Assembly (NCBI GenBank): GCA_044360315.1
Contig: JBIKKO010000002.1
Span: 355-64,354, forward strand
Length of the DNA: 64,000 nt
Source: Oligoflexales bacterium
GTDB taxonomy: Bacteria; Bdellovibrionota_B; Oligoflexia; Oligoflexales; RGVZ01
Reading direction: 5' to 3'
The notes under the pieces were generated by a model. The model did not search any database, had not been told where the DNA came from, and saw only the letters and a program-made list of their open reading frames with translations. How positions within the stretch are numbered: position 1 is the first letter of the stretch; each line of letters starts with the position of its first letter. A program made the position numbers and the translations under genes. This document shows positions 55,836 to 64,000 of this stretch, one piece after another.

Positions 55836-56285
55836 TTGGTTTATGAGTATAGACCTTGTGTCGTTGGGGTGTTTACCAATGCAGCGGGGCAAGTCTTATT
55901 GTGTGAGCGTTCTGATTCGCGCGGCGCATGGCAGTTTCCACAAGGTGGGATTGATCCTGGAGAAAGTGCATTAAATGCGCTTTACAGGGAGATGAGGGAG
56001 GAGCTGGGCTGTGATCGATTTAAGGTATTAAAAGAAGCCTCTGGTCAGGTTAAATATCGATTCCCGGCTGATCTTGTTAAGCCAATCGCATCAAAATGGA
56101 TTGGTCAAAGTCAGATTTGGTTTAGTTTAAAGTTTGACGAAGGGTATGGGCCGGATTTGACCATTGCAGATGGCGAGTTTTCAGCAGTAGCTTGGGGGTC
56201 AGTAACAGACGCATTGAATCGAATTATCGATTGGAAAAGAACTGCTTATGAGGAAGGACTCATGAAGTTAGGTTTGATTAGTTAA
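55836..56285 (+). CDS. rppH: RNA pyrophosphohydrolase (Nudix)
   Basis: TTG 55836 lies 7 nt after GGAGG. YRPCVVGVFTN, WQFPQGGIDPGESALNALYREMREELG (Nudix box), QIWF. Confidence 0.85.
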   Translation: MVYEYRPCVVGVFTNAAGQVLLCERSDSRGAWQFPQGGIDPGESALNALYREMREELGCDRFKVLKEASGQVKYRFPADLVKPIASKWIGQSQIWFSLKFDEGYGPDLTIADGEFSAVAWGSVTDALNRIIDWKRTAYEEGLMKLGLIS

Positions 56286-56294
56286 GGGGAACTG

Positions 56295-56720
56295 ATGCGT
56301 CGTCTTGCGATTTTAAACATGGCATTAGGTTTTACCCTAATTGTTATAGCTGCTAGTGGAGGGGCCTTCGTGGCACTTAGAGCTACGGAGGATTACCTTC
56401 ACCAAGTCGTTAAAACGTCATGGGCGGCATTGCTGCAGGCAAGTAGTCATGGCCATACAAACTTGTTTGGTATTCTTCACGTGGTACTCGGTCTGACGTT
56501 CCCATATAGTAAGTCCACGCCATTGCTTGATGTTTTAAAGACCGTAGGTTTGTTCTGCGGTTCTTTTGCGATGGGTCCCTTGCTACTCTTACGTGCGGCA
56601 TCTGACCCGCCTGTAACGCTTGATGCCGTAGGTGTTGTAATCGGGCTTTGTCTATCGTTAGCTTTGGCAGCCATTATAGCGCATGCATTTGGGCTCTTTG
56701 CGAAACTAATGGAGAGGTGA
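56295..56720 (+). CDS. Integral membrane protein (4 predicted TM helices)
   Basis: 141 aa, four hydrophobic segments, 9 nt after rppH. Confidence 0.55.
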   Translation: MRRLAILNMALGFTLIVIAASGGAFVALRATEDYLHQVVKTSWAALLQASSHGHTNLFGILHVVLGLTFPYSKSTPLLDVLKTVGLFCGSFAMGPLLLLRAASDPPVTLDAVGVVIGLCLSLALAAIIAHAFGLFAKLMER

Positions 56721-56815
56721 ATGTTCTTGATTAAAAAAAGACTCGTCACCCACGGATTGTGCGCAAGATCGTTATTTATTTTGTGCCATGGGTTCAACGA
56801 CGGCAAAAAATTACA

Positions 56816-57328
56816 TTAAGGGATCATACAATCTGCAGAAGCAACGATGCTTCTTCCGTGGGCCTTGTAAAGGTCGGAAATCCAACTATCAGCATTGTCG
56901 TAAATTTCCAGCTCGGAGCCCACTGCACACACAAAATAAGTTATGGAGCCTTTCGGAGCGGTAGCGATCGCGTTGAATGTTCGGGTCTTTGTGACTGTTC
57001 GATAGTCCCACTCTTTTGTTAAAAGGTTCCAGAATCTTTCTGAGGCTTCATATGTAAGGTAAGGGCAACTAGGGCTATTGACCTTAGCTTGAGACAAAGC
57101 GACCTGGCGTCCTTTCACAGACACACCATTCGCGTTGATTTGAATATCTGCCTCATTTTCTACAAAAAGCATTCCAGAGAAACTAGTCTGCGGTTGGTCA
57201 CCACCTGTTAAACACGTTAGTTTTATTTTCATTGGATCCGAATTCGCCTCTGCACTCAAAGGCGACAATGCAAACGAACCCAAAAGAACGCGAAACATGG
57301 AATTTCTAAAAAAAATACCAATCATCAC
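56816..57328 (-). CDS. Hypothetical secreted protein
   Basis: 170 aa with signal peptide ..FRVLLGSFALSPLSAEA. No family recognised. Confidence 0.5.
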   Translation of the reverse strand: MMIGIFFRNSMFRVLLGSFALSPLSAEANSDPMKIKLTCLTGGDQPQTSFSGMLFVENEADIQINANGVSVKGRQVALSQAKVNSPSCPYLTYEASERFWNLLTKEWDYRTVTKTRTFNAIATAPKGSITYFVCAVGSELEIYDNADSWISDLYKAHGRSIVASADCMIP

Positions 57329-57383
57329 AAAGCTCCTTTTCTAAAGCTTGAAAAGTTGAGGTGACTTTTATCAACTGCCTTAC

Positions 57384-57508
57384 TTAACTGTGCAAAACCC
57401 TTTAAACCACAGATATTGCAAACCTTCCCAGGGATCCCCAAAGCCCCAAGAAAATCTTAGCAAGTAAAGAGCTTACAATGGTTTTGCACAATTAACTGGG
57501 CCAGTTAA
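57384..57508. repeat. Nested inverted repeats in a 400-bp intergenic region
   Basis: TTAACTGTGCAAAACC (57384-57399) is 15/16 complementary to GGTTTTGCACAATTAA (57480-57495), 80 nt apart. It overlaps a 17-bp palindrome TTAACTGG-G-CCAGTTAA (57492-57508). Confidence 0.8.
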
Positions 57509-57729
57509 TGACCTTTATGTCGCGCAAAGCTACGTATATTTATCAAAGGTGTCAAGACGTCAAAATGGCGCGCTATCATTCAGGTAAAAATGGACTCCGC
57601 CAGTAACGTCTTGTCGCAGTAAGCTTGTCTAAAACGCTCCATAACGACATTTCTCATCCGCAACAAACGAAGCATGGAATTATCTAAAGACGCTACCGTG
57701 ATCTTTGCCAAATTAATTGAGCGGTGAAC

Positions 57730-58305
57730 TCAAGCAGCGGCATTCTTTCCGACGGAGCTGATTTTTTGTTTTGCATCTGCTGCCAGTGGTACGCAACCTT
57801 TTTTAATAAACTTCTCAAATCCAGCAGGGTCTGCCTTCAGGGCTTCTCGGATCTTCTTTTTGTCCTTAAGGTGGGGAATCAGTGCCTTCATCGCGTTACG
57901 AAGATCAATTCCACGCCCCATATATTCGTTTAGCTCGTCGATCGTGAATGGCTTCGACAGAAATCCATCTGCTGATTCAACAATTCCCTGTTGATCCCCT
58001 GTCATGGGCTCGCCGCTTATAAGAAGGACGGGAATGTCTGGATGCTGTTTGCGAATCTTCGAAAATAGCTCAAGACCATCAATTTTGGGCATTCTTACAT
58101 CGGTTAGTACGAGATCCATATCACGTTCCTTCATAGCGGCAAGAGCAGCCTTTGCCGACTCAACGACGACGACGCGACTAAAGAATTTATTAAGATGAAT
58201 TTTGAAAAATTTGAGGAGAGTACTGTCATCATCCACAATCAGGACATTACTTTCGCGATCGTATGGCCTACGCCCATGAATCATTGGATGGTTTGCGTTT
58301 GACAT
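57730..58305 (-). CDS. Response regulator, receiver domain with short helical C-terminal extension (no recognisable output domain)
   Basis: VLIVDDDS, LVLTDVRMPKIDGLELF, VLLISG, and FLSKPF give the full DD/D/T(S)/K receiver pattern. Confidence 0.85.
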   Translation of the reverse strand: MSNANHPMIHGRRPYDRESNVLIVDDDSTLLKFFKIHLNKFFSRVVVVESAKAALAAMKERDMDLVLTDVRMPKIDGLELFSKIRKQHPDIPVLLISGEPMTGDQQGIVESADGFLSKPFTIDELNEYMGRGIDLRNAMKALIPHLKDKKKIREALKADPAGFEKFIKKGCVPLAADAKQKISSVGKNAAA

Positions 58306-58351
58306 TGTTCTAGTCTCCTCGTTAAAAGTGCGAGCTTGTCTCTATTATATC

Positions 58352-59509
58352 TTATAAACTCCGAATTTCATCGACCGCTGACTTAGCCAGTCCCCGAAGC
58401 GATTGATTTGCTTTAGTAGATTGCATAACTTCAGTGAAATACCTAAGGGCAAGTCCCTCATCTTTCAGGTTTTCCCGCGTTAGAATGGCAAGGTTAAATC
58501 TCGCCAGCGGATTGTCCGCATCAAGATCCAGCGCTCGCTCTAGGATTTCCTTGGCTAGTTTGAAGCGCCCAGTTTGACGAAACACCACGCCTAAACCAAT
58601 CATGGCGTCTGTATTGGACGGCTCAGAATCAAGCGCCTTCTTAAAGTCTGTCTCAGCCATGCTTAGCTCCCCTCGAGAAACATATAGATTTCCTCTATTC
58701 ACCAGTGCTGGAGCGAAGAACTCATTCATTCCCAGCGAACGATTGTAGAAATCCTTGGCGGCAGGTGTCCTGCCTTGACGTTCATGGAGAATCCCTAAGA
58801 TGTTGTAAAGAGCTGCATGATCGCCGCCCCGGTCCATGGCCTGTTCGACAATGAATTTTGCGACAGTATCTTTACCGTCCTGTAGATAGCTAAAAGCTAG
58901 TGCAGCATAACCCGGCAAAAACGTCGGATCTTTACCGATCAAATCGCTAAGAATATCGTGCGCCTTTGCTCGGTCACCGCTTCCTAAGTACGTCATGGCA
59001 AGTGTGTATCGATACTTAAATATTTTTTCAGTCTCGGGACGTTCCTGTGCTGTGAGTAACATCTTAGCTTCGGCGAGAACATCCAGGGCTGCTGGAATTC
59101 TTTTCTGCCGTTGGAGGATAGTCGCAAGATCCAAAAGCGCCCGAATATTCTTTGTATCTTTGCGTAATGCCGTTCGGTATGTGGCTTCCGCAGCTGACAG
59201 CAGTCCGAGGGCAGACTCGTTTTGTCCGCGTTTAAGCAGTTCTGGGACGGTACTTGCATCCGCCAATTGTTGTATGGATTGCTGCAGCAGCGGTCTTTCC
59301 TTTGATGTAGGAGGACCCTTAAACATGCTTTGCCATCGAAATGCAGCGGCAGGCGCCACAGGCTTTGCAACCGATGGAGAAGCCGATGCGTCAAAGCTCT
59401 TGGCTATATTTTCTACATCAAGGTTATCCAAAGTATCTTGATTCGAAGACGGACGGGATGCACAGCCTAATATGATTAGAGATAAGAGAATGCCGACCAA
59501 TGTGCGCAT
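58352..59509 (-). CDS. TPR-repeat lipoprotein
   Basis: Start ATG 59509 (MRTLVGILLSLIILGC lipobox), 2 nt after the upstream stop. Multiple 34-aa TPR units (A..Y..AL..DP.N..A...LG). Confidence 0.75.
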   Translation of the reverse strand: MRTLVGILLSLIILGCASRPSSNQDTLDNLDVENIAKSFDASASPSVAKPVAPAAAFRWQSMFKGPPTSKERPLLQQSIQQLADASTVPELLKRGQNESALGLLSAAEATYRTALRKDTKNIRALLDLATILQRQKRIPAALDVLAEAKMLLTAQERPETEKIFKYRYTLAMTYLGSGDRAKAHDILSDLIGKDPTFLPGYAALAFSYLQDGKDTVAKFIVEQAMDRGGDHAALYNILGILHERQGRTPAAKDFYNRSLGMNEFFAPALVNRGNLYVSRGELSMAETDFKKALDSEPSNTDAMIGLGVVFRQTGRFKLAKEILERALDLDADNPLARFNLAILTRENLKDEGLALRYFTEVMQSTKANQSLRGLAKSAVDEIRSL

Positions 59510-59511
59510 AT

Positions 59512-62500
59512 TTAGTGACTCCATTGCTGGGGTAATTCGGGACTGGAAGAGGTAGAGAGTTGATCCACTATGGTCGGAGATCCCTGATCCTTCGCTAGCG
59601 ATTCGGTTGGGTTCGATAATGCCAGGGCACTCTTTGATACCCATTCACTTTTTGCATAGGCCTGGGGTGATCTTTTCTTCGCAAGAAGGTTGTTGCCGTG
59701 ATACTTCTGGGCCAGATCGCGCAGACGCGCTATGTTTTGGCTAAATCTCGTCTGGCTTTTTAGCGTGATAGGTTCACCAGCGCGCGCAGGAATAGCCGTT
59801 AACTCATCAGCAAATTCATTGGCGGTTTGGGCTAACTTAAATCTGGCTTCCGCACTAAACTCCGGTTGGTCGTGACTAGCCACCCTGTCAAGTCGGGATA
59901 CTATTTCGGAGAATAAGTCACTTTTCAGCGTGATATTTGCTCCAGGATCTTTTTGATCTCCAAGCCGTTGATCGCGAAACTTTGATATGGCGTGATTTCC
60001 AAGGAATAGACCGACGTCTGCTGAAAGTCTCTTGTAGGAATCCCCTAGTTGATATCTAAGCCTCTCTAACTGTTTATCAATACTGTCTAAGTCGTCGATA
60101 GCCGTTTGCTGATCCCCAGAGGCATACCGAACCTTTGACAAGATAATTTCTGACTGAATTTTCTCACGATTTGTCTTAGATAAAGACTTTCGTCGCTCAG
60201 CAGTTTTTTCTGCCTCTTTGAATTGATTTGCTGCCAACAAGTTTCGGATCGCAGAGTCAAAGGCCTCCAATCGTTCCTGAGGGTCTCTCGATCGTTTGGC
60301 CTTTAGTGTATTTGCGTTTGCAGCATCGGTGAAGCTGCCATCAGCGATGGCTAGCTTTTCAGCGCGTTCGATGGCTGTTGCTGCGCGTTCGTGCTGAGGA
60401 AACTTGGAGGCGAGCTCTAGATAGTACTTGACGGACGGTCCAAAACGCATCTGGTATTCGTGCGCGCGTGCCAATAAGTATGTGATGTCACCTGCGTACT
60501 TACTTAGATTAGCCGCTAAGTAAGCTTCAGCCTGGGCCTGGGCAGATGACCAGTCACCCGAAATTGCAAGGAAATATGATCCATCCCGCCACATCTGTTC
60601 ACGGTCAGGGATATCACTAAAATCAGCGGAGGTCTTTATGAGTAAGGCTGCGGCGCGATCAGTTGTCCCCGCCTTTGCAAGTCGCTGGGCCTCTTCTGTG
60701 ACTGCAGTCGAGAGAACGCCGAGTAGCTCCAAGCGAAGAGTTTGAGCAAGTAGCTTTTGATCTTCAAGCTTTAAAAACTGAGAAACGGTTTGTATGGTTT
60801 CATTTGTGTTACCCATTCGAATCTTGGCAAAGACCAGTCCTCTTATTGCCATTGATCGCTGTCCGTCAGACGGGTTAGATAGGAGAACTCTTTGCCAGTA
60901 TCGACTCGCTTCATCAAATCGATTTAGATCACGATGAGCACTCGCTGCAACAAGTAAAAGATCTACCGATCTGGATTGGCCAGGAAATCGATTGGCGTGT
61001 TCATCGACTGATTTTTCAAGCTTTGTGAGGGACTGCAAGATATCTTTGTCAGACTTGGTATCACCATTTTTCTGTATGGCTCGCTCAAATCGACTACGCC
61101 ATTGACGCTCTAAAGTGAGAACAAGCTGGTAGTGAGCTGTCGCTAGTACGTCGTCTTGTACTTTTATTTGATCGATAAGCTCTCTGTAATAGACCTCGGC
61201 ATCGTCGAGCTTCCCCGCAAAGAAATGACAGTTGGCAATCTTAAGTCTAACGACGGGGGATTGCGAGGCATTTGGTTTGTCTTCCAATAAAATGCGGTAG
61301 TAATTTGCTGCCATGGTGAACTTCTTTGGATTTCCAGATGTTAGTCCGTCGTCGTAATAGATGGTGGCTGTCAGTTCCGCAGCATTGCGTGAAAGATCTT
61401 CCATATATTCAATCAAGGTATTATCGGATGTGTGATGTCTTCGCCATAGCGAGCGCTCGGGCAGCAACAGCGCCAGCTTTTCTAAGGTTTCAAGCCTAGC
61501 TGTTCGTTGCCCCTGACGTTCCTCGGCGCGTGCCTTTAGCTTAAGTAAGTCGGGGTATTCCCTGGCCAACGCAAACTGTTGAGTGGCGATACGTCCTATT
61601 GTTGAGGCTTTAGCAGGCTGACTTATTGTTAGGTATTGTTCCATCAAAACAAGCGCAATCATTGGTGCGACTGACGATAGTTCCTTGTCTTGCATTATGC
61701 TTTGCGCCAATTCATCACGATCAAGTTCATAGAGTGAAAGAGCGATGATTTCTGCCGAGTCCCTTGAAATTCGGTCTTTCTGACGTGCTGACCTAGATAG
61801 CACGCCGGGGGTCACAATCTTCTTGGCCGAATTTATTGCATCTTTACTACGGCCAGCTTTAAATAGTGCCCATGCTAAGCGGTAATAGGTTCTTAGCTGA
61901 TTTAGGCTCTTGTCGGGGGTGTCCAATCTGCTAAGTACGTTTTGAGCCCTCTCGTAATACTTAACAGCTGATTCGAGATTAGCTTTTTCAAACTCTCCAT
62001 CGCCAGAGGCAATCGCTCCAAAGAACGTGAATTGGTCAGATCCCGTTTCAGCCAATTGTCTCCAGATGGCTGAGGCGCCAGTGGTATCCCCGTTTGTTTC
62101 TAGGAGTGTGGCGCGCAGATACATTGCTTCGCTACGGTGCTGAAATGATGGATGTTTTTCCTCAATGGTTTTTAGTAAGGAGATGGCCGTCAGGCTGCTG
62201 CGCTTATCGCTGCCGTCGTCTCTTTGCGATTGAAGAGATGCGAGTTCGGCATACATTTGAGCAAGATTCAAGAGTACGAAGGCCCGGTTAGTCGCAGATG
62301 GAACTCTTTCAAGGTTATCATTGTACTTATCGATCGCCGTCTCCAGGATTGTAATTCTCTTTTCAGAGAATTCTTTTTCCTTCCCAGCATACAAACTTTC
62401 CAGTCCTGCGCGGGCTCGCTGGTATTCGTCGACGGCCGCTTTCTTTTTCTGACGTTCATACGCCTCAAATCCATCCCAGAAGCTCTTGTATGCTTGGAGG

Positions 62501-62637
62501 GCTTCGGGATCCGGAATGTCAGAAAGCTCTGTTGAGAATCCCCGATGAGCGCAAATGCCCAACGTTAGCGATAGTATGAGCCAACGGACGGGTGTGGTGA
62601 TTGAAAAATACAGCCTATGCATCAGTTTTCTCCTCAT
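59512..62637 (-). CDS. Very large TPR-like helical-repeat protein (secreted/periplasmic)
   Basis: 1041 aa with an N-terminal signal-like segment (WLILSLTLGICA) and YbgF/BamD-like TPR hairpins throughout. ATGA overlap with the upstream gene. Confidence 0.7.
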   Translation of the reverse strand: MRRKLMHRLYFSITTPVRWLILSLTLGICAHRGFSTELSDIPDPEALQAYKSFWDGFEAYERQKKKAAVDEYQRARAGLESLYAGKEKEFSEKRITILETAIDKYNDNLERVPSATNRAFVLLNLAQMYAELASLQSQRDDGSDKRSSLTAISLLKTIEEKHPSFQHRSEAMYLRATLLETNGDTTGASAIWRQLAETGSDQFTFFGAIASGDGEFEKANLESAVKYYERAQNVLSRLDTPDKSLNQLRTYYRLAWALFKAGRSKDAINSAKKIVTPGVLSRSARQKDRISRDSAEIIALSLYELDRDELAQSIMQDKELSSVAPMIALVLMEQYLTISQPAKASTIGRIATQQFALAREYPDLLKLKARAEERQGQRTARLETLEKLALLLPERSLWRRHHTSDNTLIEYMEDLSRNAAELTATIYYDDGLTSGNPKKFTMAANYYRILLEDKPNASQSPVVRLKIANCHFFAGKLDDAEVYYRELIDQIKVQDDVLATAHYQLVLTLERQWRSRFERAIQKNGDTKSDKDILQSLTKLEKSVDEHANRFPGQSRSVDLLLVAASAHRDLNRFDEASRYWQRVLLSNPSDGQRSMAIRGLVFAKIRMGNTNETIQTVSQFLKLEDQKLLAQTLRLELLGVLSTAVTEEAQRLAKAGTTDRAAALLIKTSADFSDIPDREQMWRDGSYFLAISGDWSSAQAQAEAYLAANLSKYAGDITYLLARAHEYQMRFGPSVKYYLELASKFPQHERAATAIERAEKLAIADGSFTDAANANTLKAKRSRDPQERLEAFDSAIRNLLAANQFKEAEKTAERRKSLSKTNREKIQSEIILSKVRYASGDQQTAIDDLDSIDKQLERLRYQLGDSYKRLSADVGLFLGNHAISKFRDQRLGDQKDPGANITLKSDLFSEIVSRLDRVASHDQPEFSAEARFKLAQTANEFADELTAIPARAGEPITLKSQTRFSQNIARLRDLAQKYHGNNLLAKKRSPQAYAKSEWVSKSALALSNPTESLAKDQGSPTIVDQLSTSSSPELPQQWSH

Positions 62638-64000
62638 TCACCGAGACTTCGCAGGGTGTCGTCCAAAATTTGCCTCTCCAAGGCCAGCTTCTTTCCACTT
62701 GTTTCTTGTTCGGTTTTAACGGAGACGTAAGATAAGTATTCTAGGTCTCCTGACCATTTGAATTGACGTGCCAGTCTTTGATTGAGTTGATTGTCGTAAT
62801 AGCTCAGGATCATGGGTAGATCCTCTCCCCCAAATGTCTCGGTAACAGCTTGCAGATCCAAAAGATGGCCTTCAAGCTCGGCGCGCTTCTTTCCAATTTG
62901 TGATAGTAGTTGGGTTGTTTTTGATAGCTTTTGCTGAGCTTCGGTTCTGAGAGCCTGAATATCGACATACAGCAGATTGACCACATCTCGCCAGAGTGTC
63001 CAACTGAGCTGGCTGTCTTCATCTGCCAGTGTTTCCAAGATCCTTCCGCTATTGGGTTCATACTTGGAGATGATTTGTGATTCCTCGTGAAGTGCGCTTG
63101 CGTATGCTTGGACGATCGAAAGAATATCGTCGATGCCACTTTGACTTATTATATTAATAGCTTGGTGCACTTTTATTTCAGATAGGATCTTCATTAGATC
63201 CGATCTTAATGAAGCCGACTTTTCCTTGATTAGTTTGACATCAGCGGTCCGCGCATCCGGTGATGAAAGGAGTGCGGCGCTGGCTTGGGCCTCCAACTGA
63301 TTCAACTTTGTCCATTTTACAGATAATTTACTGAGTTGTTCGGCGGGTCCAAGCCATGTTTTCCATCGCCTGAGGTGCCGCTCAAACTTTGCCCTACGTT
63401 CAAATAGAGCGAGCCGACGATGTTCACTCGCAGATAGCCGCTGCTTGTCAACATCATTTAATTGATCGGCGAGTCGCGACTTCTCGGCAGAGGCAAGCTT
63501 GGAGCCAATGTTTAGGATCTGATCGGTGATGCGCTCATATTGCTCAATTCGATTGGCAATGGAGGGGCTAAAACTTCTTAGATCGCCATTAGCTAGATTA
63601 GTGATGGTGGATCGTTCCATGCCATCAAGTTCCAGTAATCGCCCTTTCATTTCTGCAATCTGTGTGTAGATTCCTATATAAGACCCTAGGTCAGGAGATT
63701 GCCCAGTCAGCCCATGTGTTAGATTTGAAATGGCTGTCGTGTCTTGATAGGTCAGTGCAGGCCGCCCTGCAAGAGATTGAAGCTTTTCCATTGTAGAGCT
63801 TAAGACCTGCGCTGATTGTTGTATGCTGGATCGTGCAGATTCGAAGTTTCCCGTCCGGAGTTCGAGCCAGGAGAGGATTCCTTTCAGCTGACTCGATTCA
63901 GGCTCTCCCTGGTATTTAGCAAGCCATGCTCGCGCCTCCTTGCGTGAGGATTCTTCGTTTCCAAGTTTTGCGTTAACTAAAGACTTCTCATACAAAGCGT
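62634..64000 (-). CDS. Coiled-coil protein, 5'-partial (continues beyond window end)
   Basis: The frame is open to nt 64000, and the listed 'M' at 63995 is a TTG. More than 450 aa of heptad-rich helical sequence. The stop overlaps the next gene's ATG. Confidence 0.6.
   Translation of the reverse strand, partial: ALYEKSLVNAKLGNEESSRKEARAWLAKYQGEPESSQLKGILSWLELRTGNFESARSSIQQSAQVLSSTMEKLQSLAGRPALTYQDTTAISNLTHGLTGQSPDLGSYIGIYTQIAEMKGRLLELDGMERSTITNLANGDLRSFSPSIANRIEQYERITDQILNIGSKLASAEKSRLADQLNDVDKQRLSASEHRRLALFERRAKFERHLRRWKTWLGPAEQLSKLSVKWTKLNQLEAQASAALLSSPDARTADVKLIKEKSASLRSDLMKILSEIKVHQAINIISQSGIDDILSIVQAYASALHEESQIISKYEPNSGRILETLADEDSQLSWTLWRDVVNLLYVDIQALRTEAQQKLSKTTQLLSQIGKKRAELEGHLLDLQAVTETFGGEDLPMILSYYDNQLNQRLARQFKWSGDLEYLSYVSVKTEQETSGKKLALERQILDDTLRSLGE

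Noticed and set aside
1-64000. CRISPR arrays, IS elements/transposases, integrases, prophage genes, rRNA or tRNA genes
   Set aside because: I scanned both strands and the ORF list. No regularly spaced repeats, no DDE/serine/tyrosine recombinase motifs and no tRNA cloverleafs were found. The only stable RNA genes seen are ssrA and the glmS ribozyme.

Overview
64-kb chromosomal window from a flagellated, LPS-bearing (diderm) bacterium. The gene content includes waaA plus a GT9 heptosyltransferase, a sigma-54-type promoter in front of fliK-flgD, many TPR/PilZ/PEGA envelope proteins, and a tmRNA tag GNEYALAA. This resembles Bdellovibrio-like/Oligoflexia-type lineages, but I cannot place it without a database search. 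All calls below come from reading the sequence and ORF track and recognising motifs by eye; no search or computation was run.

About 60 genes are present.
- Core blocks: rplU-rpmA-obg-nadD-rsfS-rlmH, comF-mutS, heptosyltransferase-waaA-rng, fliK-flgD, rppH, and metabolic or housekeeping enzymes (M32 carboxypeptidase, quinone oxidoreductase, trans-sulfuration PLP enzyme, YejM-like sulfatase-family protein, THUMP methyltransferase).
- Accessory stretch, about 7.6-16.1 kb, abutting the 3' end of tmRNA (ssrA, 15769-16120, minus strand). It is full of decayed genes: a frameshifted YiaG-type HTH, a brnT toxin with a nonsense codon next to an intact brnA, a LysR stump, and a frameshifted secreted protein with a 13-nt tandem duplication. 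It also holds a gene-free 0.65 kb and a single ORF that looks like a fused toxin/antitoxin pair.
- Embedded in that stretch is an intact glmS preceded by a convincing glmS (GlcN6P) ribozyme at 11645-11777. This is the most striking single element, because that ribozyme is known mainly from Gram-positive lineages.

The candidates for uncharacterised systems are weakly supported and no function can be assigned:
- A same-strand envelope cluster at 16.3-22.6 kb: two tandem Gly-rich lipoprotein paralogs, an S1-like lipoprotein with GDSGG replaced by YDTGAG, a pseudo-receiver-PilZ protein, a PEGA lipoprotein and a membrane protein.
- A response-regulator/TPR/giant-TPR/coiled-coil operon at 57.7-64 kb.
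- A histone-like K/A/P-rich domain fused to a 2-Cys DksA.

No CRISPR array, IS element, transposase, integrase, rRNA or tRNA gene was seen.
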